Shown: positions 51,160 to 58,879 of the stretch, in pieces | Numbering within the stretch: the stretch's first letter is position 1 | How the letters are laid out: every line of letters begins with the position of its first letter | NCBI GenBank assembly: GCA_963695225.1 | Contig: OY968762.1 | Span: forward strand, 1,536,001-1,600,000 | Direction: 5' to 3' | Origin: Vulcanimicrobiota bacterium | GTDB lineage: Bacteria > Vulcanimicrobiota > Vulcanimicrobiia > Vulcanimicrobiales > Vulcanimicrobiaceae | DNA length: 64,000 nt | Program-made: the position numbers and the translations under genes | The notes under the pieces: model-generated | Told to the model about the DNA's origin: nothing | Database searches by the model: none | The model's input: only the letters and a program-made list of their open reading frames with translations

Positions 51160-52776
51160 CTAGACGAAACCGCTTGCAGCGGTCGCCCCCTTCTTATGCA
51201 GCTCCGACTGACGGAGCTCGACGCGTCTGATCTTCCCAGAACGCGTCTTCGGGAGTTCGGCGACGAACTCGATCTCGCGCGGATACTTGTACGGCGCCGT
51301 GACGCGCTTGCAGTGTTCCTGGAGTTCCTTCACGAGAGCGGGCCCCGGCTCGTAGCCCGGCCGCAGCACGACGAACGCTTTCACGACGTTCCCGCGATCC
51401 GCATCCGGGCTTCCCACGACTGCCGATTCCTGGACGGCGGGATGTTCGAGCAGGGCGCTCTCGACCTCGAACGGGCCGATGCGGTAGGCGCCCGAGGAGA
51501 TAACGTCGTCCGAGCGGCCGACGAACCAATAGTACCCGTCGTCGTCGACCTGCGCGCGGTCGCCGGTGAGATAGATTTCGCCACGGTGCGAGGCCCGCGT
51601 CTCCTCGGGATTCTTGTAATAGCCGGTGAACAGCGTCGGCGGCCGGCCGCGCACGCCGATGTCGCCGACCTCGCCGGCCTCGCATTCGTTGCCTTCCTGG
51701 TCGATGACGACGATGTCGTGCCCGGGCGTCGGCTTACCCATCGAACCGGGGCGAACTTCCATCCCCGGCAGATTTGCGACCAGCAGCGAGTTCTCGGTCT
51801 GGCCGTAGCCGTCGAGGATCGTCAACCCGAACGCTTCGCGCCAGCGCACCAGCACCTCCGGATTCAGCGGTTCGCCCGCCGAAACGCAGTGCCGCAGCTT
51901 CGGCAGCTTCCAGCGCTCCCCGAGCCCTTCCAGCTTCGCCTCGAGCCTGTATTCCGTCGGGGCCTGGCAGAGCACGGTCACGCCGAGATCGCGGATCATG
52001 TCCATGCGATGCGCGGGGTTGAAACCGCCCTCGTCGAGGACGATCGCGGAACCGCAAGACCATGGCCCGAGCAGAACGTTCCAGAGCGATTTCGCCCAGC
52101 CGGTCCCAGCCGTGCTCCAAACGAGATCGTCCGGCTTGCAATCGAACCAGAATTGCGCTTGCATGCGCTTCGCGTACGTGTAGGCGTGCAGGTGGACGAC
52201 GCCCTTAGGATCCTTCGTCGTTCCGCTCGTGTAGACGATGTAGGCGATGTCGCTCGAGGCAGTCTCGTTTCCGGCGAACTCGGGAGCGTTCTCGACGAGC
52301 GCGTCGAGCGAGGTCCAGCCCTCGGCCGATCCCCCGACGAGCAGATACCGCTTCACGCCGGGCGCGAGTTGACGCAGGAGGTCGCATTCGGCCTGATTGG
52401 TCGTGTGCCCGACGATCGTCGTCGCCTCGCTATGGTTCGCGCGGAACGCGAGGTCCTTCGCGCGCAACTGCTCCGAGCACGGCACGACGATCGCGCCGAG
52501 CCGGTCGAGCGCGATCATCGAAAACAGCCACTCGGGGATCTTCGGCAGGAGCACGACGACGCGCTCCCCCTTTTCGATCCCAAGGTCGCGCAGCGCACCG
52601 GCCCAACGCTGCGAAGCCGCTGCAACCTCGGGGAACGTGTAGTCTCGCTCCTTCCCTGTGGAGTCGACGAAGAGGAGCGCTCGTCGCTGCTCGGCCGCGA
52701 GGCGGTCGATAACATCGCGACCGAAATTGAACGCCGGCGGGACATCCCAGTTGAAGTTTTCGCGCGTCATTTGCAT
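51160..52776 (-). CDS. Medium-chain acyl-CoA synthetase (ACSM-like)
   Basis: YTSGTTKDPKG, SAGEPL, YGQTE, TGD, GRSDD, PKTRSGK. Confidence 0.92.
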   Translation of the reverse strand: MQMTRENFNWDVPPAFNFGRDVIDRLAAEQRRALLFVDSTGKERDYTFPEVAAASQRWAGALRDLGIEKGERVVVLLPKIPEWLFSMIALDRLGAIVVPCSEQLRAKDLAFRANHSEATTIVGHTTNQAECDLLRQLAPGVKRYLLVGGSAEGWTSLDALVENAPEFAGNETASSDIAYIVYTSGTTKDPKGVVHLHAYTYAKRMQAQFWFDCKPDDLVWSTAGTGWAKSLWNVLLGPWSCGSAIVLDEGGFNPAHRMDMIRDLGVTVLCQAPTEYRLEAKLEGLGERWKLPKLRHCVSAGEPLNPEVLVRWREAFGLTILDGYGQTENSLLVANLPGMEVRPGSMGKPTPGHDIVVIDQEGNECEAGEVGDIGVRGRPPTLFTGYYKNPEETRASHRGEIYLTGDRAQVDDDGYYWFVGRSDDVISSGAYRIGPFEVESALLEHPAVQESAVVGSPDADRGNVVKAFVVLRPGYEPGPALVKELQEHCKRVTAPYKYPREIEFVAELPKTRSGKIRRVELRQSELHKKGATAASGFV

Positions 52777-52836
52777 AGCGGGATGAGATTTCAACGAACG
52801 GCAGGCGGAGCCTCGCGGAAATCAGTAACTTCCGGC

Positions 52837-53085
52837 ATGGACATCCGCGATCTCCGGTTCCTGGTCAAGAACGCCAAGATCTCGTATGGCGGCTTCAGCG
52901 CGAGGGGCCTCCCCGCCGTCATCGTCTCGCTCTCCGGGCTCGTGCTCGCGAGCGGGATCGCACGCGCGATCGCGTGCAGCGCTTCCTCCCTCCCCGAGAC
53001 ATTCCGGGAAGGACGCTCGATGCTCGAGAGCGCGCAAAGCAAGAAGGGGGCCTTCACGCCCGAGGTCGTCCGGGCGGCTCGATGA
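52837..53085 (+). CDS. Small membrane hypothetical protein
   Basis: ATG ORF with one TM; stop overlaps the bolA start (ATGA). Confidence 0.6.
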   Translation: MDIRDLRFLVKNAKISYGGFSARGLPAVIVSLSGLVLASGIARAIACSASSLPETFREGRSMLESAQSKKGAFTPEVVRAAR

Positions 53086-53315
53086 TCGACGATGCGACGC
53101 TCGCGGCCCTGATCCGGGCCGCCCTGCCGGATGCCGACGTCGAAGTCACGGACCTGACCGGCACCATGGACCATCTCAGCGTGTTGGTACGCTCGAAGGC
53201 GTTCGCCGGCGTCACGCTGCTCGACCGCCATCGCATAGTGGAGGGCGCCGTGGCGCCCGCCCGCGCCGACGGGCGCCTGCACGCACTCGCCATTCGCACC
53301 GCAGTCAAGGAGTAA
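53082..53315 (+). CDS. bolA: BolA/IbaG family protein
   Basis: DH, F-x-G, LDRHRIV, LHALAIRT. Confidence 0.88.
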   Translation: MIDDATLAALIRAALPDADVEVTDLTGTMDHLSVLVRSKAFAGVTLLDRHRIVEGAVAPARADGRLHALAIRTAVKE

Positions 53316-53318
53316 CCG

Positions 53319-53675
53319 ATGTCAGACGAGCTGAGAACGGCAATCGCACGGGAGATCGCCGCGCATACGATCCTCGTGTACGGCAAGGGGACGAAGGACG
53401 CGCCACGCTGCGGCTTCACGCTCGAGACGGTCGAGTTCTTCGACCGGTTCGGTTACCCGTTCGAGGTGATCGACGTCTTGGAGGACCTGCCCAAGCGCGA
53501 AGTGCTCTCTGAGATCACGAACTGGCCGACGCTCCCGAAGGTCTTCATCGCCGGAAAATTCTACGGCGATACGGACATTCTCGGCCCGATGGAGGAGCAC
53601 GGCGAGCTTGCCGGCGTGCTCGCGGCGGCATTCGCCGGGAAGCCGAAGCCGACCGACCCCATCCAGCTCCACTAG
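53319..53675 (+). CDS. grxD: Monothiol glutaredoxin (Grx4-like, CGFT)
   Basis: KGT-x-x-x-PRCGFT, WPTLP, GDTD; adjacent to bolA. Confidence 0.88.
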   Translation: MSDELRTAIAREIAAHTILVYGKGTKDAPRCGFTLETVEFFDRFGYPFEVIDVLEDLPKREVLSEITNWPTLPKVFIAGKFYGDTDILGPMEEHGELAGVLAAAFAGKPKPTDPIQLH

Positions 53676-53685
53676 CTCCGCGGCG

Positions 53686-54132
53686 GTGCTGGAACTCTAC
53701 CCGCCGGGCGAAGCCGCCACGTGGATCGCCTCGTTTCGCTTTCGCGCCGACGTGCGGCCGCGCTACTGCGAAACCGACGCGCTGGGGCACGTGAGCAACG
53801 TCGTATACCCCGCCTATCTCGAATTCAGCAGGCTCCAATACTTCATCGCCGCGGGAGACCCGGAGCCCGGGCCGTTCGCATTCGCGCACGTAACCGCCGA
53901 GTTGCAGCTACGCTACGTCGCCGCGTGCTTCTACGACGAGCCGCTGGAAGTGTGCTCGAAGCTCGTCGCGCTCGGCCGGACGAGCGCGACGATGGAGCAG
54001 GCGATCGTCGGGCCGGACGGTTCGATTCGCGCGCTCTCGCGCGTGACGATCGTCCGCTCCGACGGCGAAGCCTCGGTCCCCTGGACGCAAGCGCAACGCG
54101 CCGCCCTCATCGCCTTCGAACCCGGATTGTAG
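53686..54132 (+). CDS. Acyl-CoA thioesterase (4HBT/YbgC hotdog fold)
   Basis: ETDALGHVSNVVY-x-x-YLE. Confidence 0.85.
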   Translation: MLELYPPGEAATWIASFRFRADVRPRYCETDALGHVSNVVYPAYLEFSRLQYFIAAGDPEPGPFAFAHVTAELQLRYVAACFYDEPLEVCSKLVALGRTSATMEQAIVGPDGSIRALSRVTIVRSDGEASVPWTQAQRAALIAFEPGL

Positions 54133-54154
54133 CGCCCGCCGTTCGCCGGCGCTG

Positions 54155-54655
54155 CTAGCTCTGCGTTAGGTTCGCGGCGGCGCGCGAGGGCGGGGCGCCG
54201 AACGGGTCGATGAAGTCGCCGGCGGGGGAAGCTTCCAACCGCGCGAGTTCCTCCCGGGAGAGCGTCTGCGAGAAGTCGCGCAGCGTGTCCACCGTACAGA
54301 AGAACCCGAACGTCACGTCTCCGCGGTTGACGAACTGGTGAGGTTCGAGCGGCCCGACGTAGACGACGTCGCGCGGTCCCACGACGCTGACGGATTCGCC
54401 GACGATCGCGTGCGCGTAACCCTCCCCGACGATCACGTAATGTTCGTGCTCGTGCTTTTCGAGCCGCGTGACGGCACCCGGCGGGACTTCGAAATACCGT
54501 ACTTCGAGTTTCGGCCCGGGGGCTTGCGGATCGGCTTTGCGGCCGCCGACGAGCGTGTGGCGAACGACCTTCGCCCGCGGCGCCCCCGGGACATAGCCCT
54601 CCGGCTCCACGCCTTCCCAACCACCGGCGGACCTCAAGACGAACGATCGCTGCAT
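54155..54655 (-). CDS. Cupin domain protein
   Basis: RYFEV, LEKHEHEH, PHQFVN, FGFFCTVD. Confidence 0.85.
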   Translation of the reverse strand: MQRSFVLRSAGGWEGVEPEGYVPGAPRAKVVRHTLVGGRKADPQAPGPKLEVRYFEVPPGAVTRLEKHEHEHYVIVGEGYAHAIVGESVSVVGPRDVVYVGPLEPHQFVNRGDVTFGFFCTVDTLRDFSQTLSREELARLEASPAGDFIDPFGAPPSRAAANLTQS

Positions 54656-54750
54656 GCGGACCATGATACCAGATACCCGGCCCTGCCTTCCGGCATCGCG
54701 CCCGTTCCCCAAGACGTCCTGAGCCGGCCGAAGGGTGACGTTTGCGCGAA

Positions 54751-54778
54751 AGCGGGGCCGCCATTCGGCGACCCCGCT
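54751..54778 (-). terminator. Probable intrinsic terminator after TonB receptor 1
   Basis: GC stem AGCGGGG...CCCCGCT with a short T tract on the minus strand. Confidence 0.5.
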
Positions 54779-54801
54779 CCCCGCGCAGGCCTCCGGCCGG
54801 A

Positions 54802-57800
54802 CTAGAACCCGAGCTTCTTCGTGAGCTCGAGGTAGAACGTGCAGGGCTGCATGACCACGATGCCGTTCGGGCTCGAATACGCGTTCGTATTGACGAGCCC
54901 GCCCGTCGTCGGGGAGTACGCGACGCCGAGGGGGTTGAAGCCCTTGAACGCCGCGACGCTGCCGAGGAACGTGCCCGCCGTGTCCGCGTTGAACAGGTTC
55001 TGAGCGGTCAGCGAGAGGCGGATCCCGCTGTTGAGATCGCCGGGGCCGAGCGTCGTGCCCACGTAACCGTACGCGACGTTATAGGCGGGCCCGCCCGTGG
55101 CGTTGTTGTTGCCGTACCACGAGTCGCCGAACGACGCGTTCCAGCGGTGCGTGGCGCTCGTGTAATTGATCTCGCCCTTCGCCTTGAAGTACGGGATCTG
55201 GCCGGTAAAGCCGCCGGTGCCGTCGAGTTGCTTCCCGTTGATGAGCGCCGACGCACTGCAGACGGTCGCGCCCGGCTTGCAGAGCCCTTGATAGAAGCTC
55301 AGCGGGATCTGATCGTAATAGGCGCGCATCGCCGTCGCCGTCAGATAGTATCCGAAGCCGGAGGAGACGTTATGCTGCAGCGTCGCCTCGAGACCGTACG
55401 AGCGTTCGAGCGGGCCGTTGAACGTCGCGTTCAGCAACGTCTGCGACGGGCTGCGTCCGGCGAGGTTCGGGACGACCTGGGTCGAGGTGATGAATACGTT
55501 GTGGATCGTGTTGTCGAACGCATCGAGCGAGAGGACCGAGCCGCCGGGCGCGCGATAGTCGAAGCCGAGATCGTACGCGACGGTCGTCTCCGGGAGCAGG
55601 CCCGGATTCTTCGTCGTGAGGACGTCCGACTTACCGTCCGGGCCGCCGTTCACGCTGAGCGCGGTCAGGCCGGAGACGAGGCCGTTGTAAGGGAGCGTTA
55701 CGGACGAACCACCCGAAGCGCGCACGGAGAGGTCGCGCGAGGGGCGGTATTCGATCTGCACGTGCGGATCGACGTGCGAGTTCGCATTGATGCCGGAGAC
55801 GAGCGTCGAGTCGGCCGGTTCGCCGCCGGGATACCCGGCCGCGAGCGCCGCCGTGATCGCCGCGGGATCCGTGATCTTGTAATAGATGCGTTGGAACGTA
55901 TAGTACGCGCCGAGACCCGCCTGCAGGTTCGGACGAATCTGGAAGAGCCCGGTCAGGGACGTGTCGTACCGGATGTTCTGAGTCGGCGGAATCTGCAGCG
56001 AGGAGCGCGGCAGCGTCGGAATCAAGAGGCCGTTGACTTTGCAGTTCGGCTGATAGTACGGATTGGCCGGCGTGTTCGGCGAGCCCGAACCGACGACGCC
56101 GACGCAGCCTGGCGGAAGCTGCGACGTATCCGACGTGAACTTCAGCGTGTCGTCGGTGTTGTAGTCGAAGCTGAACGTATAGAGGTTGTCGTGCACCGGA
56201 TGCAGGTACGAGAGCGTCGCACCGCGCAGGCGGTCGACCTCCGGTTGGCTGAACGGCGTGCTGAAGCCGAAATACCCGTTCGCCTGTTGATTCGTCGGCG
56301 TCGTCCAGCAGGGCGTCGCCACGGAACAATTCGGAGCGGTCGACGTCGTCTTGAAGACGGTCGGGAACTGCGTCGCCGCGTTACCGATGTAGGCCGCACC
56401 GTAGCCCCCCGCTGAGCTGAAGCAGGGGCCCTTCGTGTTCGCCGCGTTCGCGTTGTCGAAAGCGAACGCCACCTGGCAATTCGCGGGGTTCGTGACCTGG
56501 AACCAGCCGACGAGACCGTTGTACTTGGATGCCGCCTGGCCGGCCGAGGAGCCGTAACCGGGCGTCGTGTTCTCGAGATCGCCGTCGATGAAGCGATCGA
56601 TGATCGCCGTGTAGGGACGGAGCAGGATCGTATCGTTCTTGAATTGCGTCTTCAATTCGAACGAGAACGAAGGCTCGTTGTTCGCGATCGTCGAGACCGG
56701 GAAGAACCCGTACCCGTTGAACGGGCTGCCGACCGGATCCGTCGTGTACGGCGCGTTGTAGATCGAAAGGTTCGTGCAGAGCGCCGGGTTCGTGGTGACG
56801 GCAGCCTTGCCGGTCGCCGCCGATACGTTCGCGCACGCGCCGAGCGGGAAGCCGCCGTAGACGAGGCCGTACGAGCCGCCCTGCGGGACGTACTTGCCGA
56901 AAAGCCCGAGATACTCGCCGGTGAGCGAGGTGACCGGGGAGAGCTTGTAGCGGACCTTCACGAGATCGGCTTCGGTCGCGTAGGGAGAGGAGAAGTCGCT
57001 GCTCCACTGCTCGAGGGCCGGCGTCCCCGGGGCCGTGAGCGTCCCGGCGCCGATCTGATACGGGTAGTACCCGTTGTTCGGACCGTTCACGCTGTTGAAC
57101 GTGCGAACGCCGAGGATGCTCAGACGGTTGTTGAGCAGATTGACATTGAGCGATCCGGCATAGTTGCCGGAGCCGTACGTGTCGTCGCCGAGCGTGAGCG
57201 AGAACTCGTTCTTCGCGGAGAAATCGCGCGTTCGGTAGTTGACGATCCCGACGGATTCGCCGGCGTTGGGGCCGTTGAGCCCGGCACCCTTGAGAACTTC
57301 GATTTGCTGGAAGACTTGCGGATTCGCGTAGTTCGTGTTGTAGGTTCCGAAGACGCCGGAGCTGACCGGATGCCCGTCGATCACGACCTTCGTCTCGAGC
57401 GACGCGCCGCGGACCGCGATCGAGGTGTTCGGCGTGCGGCTCCCGCTATCGCGCGTGACGCTGACGCCGGGCAACTCCTCGACGAGCCCCGTGAGGTTCG
57501 GCTGTTCGCGAATCGCGAGCTGTTCGCCGCTCAGCGTGGTGATCGCAAGGCCGCTGACGTTGAAGCCGCTGCGCGCCGCGCTGCGCACGGTCCCGATGAC
57601 GCGCAGCGAGCTGAGCGTTGTTGAGACGAGCGTCACGTCGAGCTTCGCCGACTGCCCCGCGACGAGCGCGACCTCGACCGCCGTCGCGCCCTGGTACCCG
57701 CTCTTCGCAGCGGAGATGGTGTAGACGCCCGCCGGGACCGCGTTGAACGCGTACGCCCCGTTCGAACTCGTCGTCGTGGATTGCGACGTCGCTCCGGAAA

Positions 57801-57981
57801 GCGTGACGGTCACGCCGGCCAAAGGCGCGCCGGTACTGTCGGTCGCCGTGCCGCGCACCGTGGCGGCCTGGGTGGTGCTAGTCGGGCTCGTAACGCTCTG
57901 GGCCAGAGCCGTCGCCGCGCAAAGGGGTCCGACGGCTAAGAAAGCGCCCACGAGCAGAGCGAGGACCCTGCGATTCAACAC
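54802..57981 (-). CDS. TonB-dependent receptor with N-terminal carboxypeptidase-like domain
   Basis: Signal peptide, CarboxypepD_reg-like domain, plug (LPGV, VRG, IDGHP, IEVLKG), LLPET, AQNLFN, C-terminal Phe. Confidence 0.88.
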   Translation of the reverse strand: MLNRRVLALLVGAFLAVGPLCAATALAQSVTSPTSTTQAATVRGTATDSTGAPLAGVTVTLSGATSQSTTTSSNGAYAFNAVPAGVYTISAAKSGYQGATAVEVALVAGQSAKLDVTLVSTTLSSLRVIGTVRSAARSGFNVSGLAITTLSGEQLAIREQPNLTGLVEELPGVSVTRDSGSRTPNTSIAVRGASLETKVVIDGHPVSSGVFGTYNTNYANPQVFQQIEVLKGAGLNGPNAGESVGIVNYRTRDFSAKNEFSLTLGDDTYGSGNYAGSLNVNLLNNRLSILGVRTFNSVNGPNNGYYPYQIGAGTLTAPGTPALEQWSSDFSSPYATEADLVKVRYKLSPVTSLTGEYLGLFGKYVPQGGSYGLVYGGFPLGACANVSAATGKAAVTTNPALCTNLSIYNAPYTTDPVGSPFNGYGFFPVSTIANNEPSFSFELKTQFKNDTILLRPYTAIIDRFIDGDLENTTPGYGSSAGQAASKYNGLVGWFQVTNPANCQVAFAFDNANAANTKGPCFSSAGGYGAAYIGNAATQFPTVFKTTSTAPNCSVATPCWTTPTNQQANGYFGFSTPFSQPEVDRLRGATLSYLHPVHDNLYTFSFDYNTDDTLKFTSDTSQLPPGCVGVVGSGSPNTPANPYYQPNCKVNGLLIPTLPRSSLQIPPTQNIRYDTSLTGLFQIRPNLQAGLGAYYTFQRIYYKITDPAAITAALAAGYPGGEPADSTLVSGINANSHVDPHVQIEYRPSRDLSVRASGGSSVTLPYNGLVSGLTALSVNGGPDGKSDVLTTKNPGLLPETTVAYDLGFDYRAPGGSVLSLDAFDNTIHNVFITSTQVVPNLAGRSPSQTLLNATFNGPLERSYGLEATLQHNVSSGFGYYLTATAMRAYYDQIPLSFYQGLCKPGATVCSASALINGKQLDGTGGFTGQIPYFKAKGEINYTSATHRWNASFGDSWYGNNNATGGPAYNVAYGYVGTTLGPGDLNSGIRLSLTAQNLFNADTAGTFLGSVAAFKGFNPLGVAYSPTTGGLVNTNAYSSPNGIVVMQPCTFYLELTKKLGF

Positions 57982-58034
57982 GGATAGCCTCCGAAAACGC
58001 TAAAGAAACCGCGCCACTAGCGGCGCGACGCTCG

Positions 58035-58092
58035 TACTATAGCTCAGGTCAGGTTAACGCTATACGGCAGATTCGATTAATGACGGATTAAG
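58035..58092 (-). promoter_or_regulatory. TonB receptor 1 promoter: TATAGT -10 plus Pho-box-like TTAA repeats
   Basis: Minus-strand 8-mers CTTAATCC, ATTAATCG (11 bp apart) and GTTAACCT (23 bp further). Confidence 0.5.
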
Positions 58093-58146
58093 AGAAGCCC
58101 ACAAACCGAGAGGGTCCTGCCGCCGCACCCCTCGTAGAACCCGCCG

Positions 58147-58623
58147 ATGCGCAACTACTGGCTCTTCAAGAGCGAACCCGACACGTACGGCTTCGACCGC
58201 CTATGCAGCGAAGGGCGCACGGAATGGAGCGGCGTCCGCAACTATCAAGCGCGCAACTTCATGCTCGCGATGAAGACTGGCGATCTTGGCTTCTTCTATC
58301 ACTCCAGCACGAAAGAACCGGGCATCGCCGGCATCGTGAAGGTCGTGCGCGAGGCCTACCCCGATTTCACCGCCCGCGACCCCGCCTCGCCCTACTACGA
58401 TCGCAAATCGACGGCCGCAAACCCCATCTGGCAAATGGTAGACGTCGCCTACGAAGCCGACCTCCCCCGCTTCGTAACCCTCGCCGAGCTACGCCGCTGC
58501 ACCGCGCTCGCCCCCACGATGGTGCTACTAAAACGAGGATCGCGACTCTCGGTGCAACCAGTGCACGTACGAGAGTGGGAAATCATAATGGACCTCGCGA
58601 GCCACGCACCCGCGCTCATCTAG
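58147..58623 (+). CDS. EVE domain protein
   Basis: YWLFKSEP, WSGVRNYQARN, FFYHS, RLSVQPV. Confidence 0.93.
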   Translation: MRNYWLFKSEPDTYGFDRLCSEGRTEWSGVRNYQARNFMLAMKTGDLGFFYHSSTKEPGIAGIVKVVREAYPDFTARDPASPYYDRKSTAANPIWQMVDVAYEADLPRFVTLAELRRCTALAPTMVLLKRGSRLSVQPVHVREWEIIMDLASHAPALI

Positions 58624-58640
58624 AGCGCACCATGGCCCGC

Positions 58641-58797
58641 GTCCCGTCCTTTGCGGTGCGGGGGCCCTTCGCGGGGAGTGCAGCTTGCCCGCGGAGCCAG
58701 GATGGCGGGAGCGGGCAAGTGCACTAGTAGCGATTTCGCATGGATGCGAAATCGCGGGCGTCCCCGCGAAGGGCCCCCGCACCGCAAAGGACGGGAC
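58641..58797. repeat. 157-bp nested palindromic element (MITE/YPAL-like)
   Basis: Perfect 37-bp terminal inverted repeat (58641-58677 / 58761-58797) enclosing two internal hairpins. Confidence 0.75.
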
Positions 58798-58826
58798 AAA
58801 GCCCCGTGCAACTGCACGGGGCTTTT
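58798..58826. terminator. Bidirectional intrinsic terminator between the EVE gene and TonB receptor 2
   Basis: AAAGCCCCGTGCA-AC-TGCACGGGGCTTTT. Confidence 0.75.
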
Positions 58827-58879
58827 CCGCGATGCCCGTTGCGGTAGTTCTCCGCGACGAGAGTTACCGAGTTACAGAG

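Noticed and set aside
50137..52836. 982-aa plus-strand ORF
   Set aside because: It is the antisense shadow of the RDD and acyl-CoA synthetase genes; only its last 82 codons look real.
58147..58623. EVE protein as part of a modification-dependent defence system
   Set aside because: It is a stand-alone EVE domain with no nuclease, toxin or methylase nearby.
58641..58797. CRISPR array or SRP RNA
   Set aside because: The repeats are inverted rather than direct with spacers, there are no cas genes, and the SRP domain IV signature is absent.
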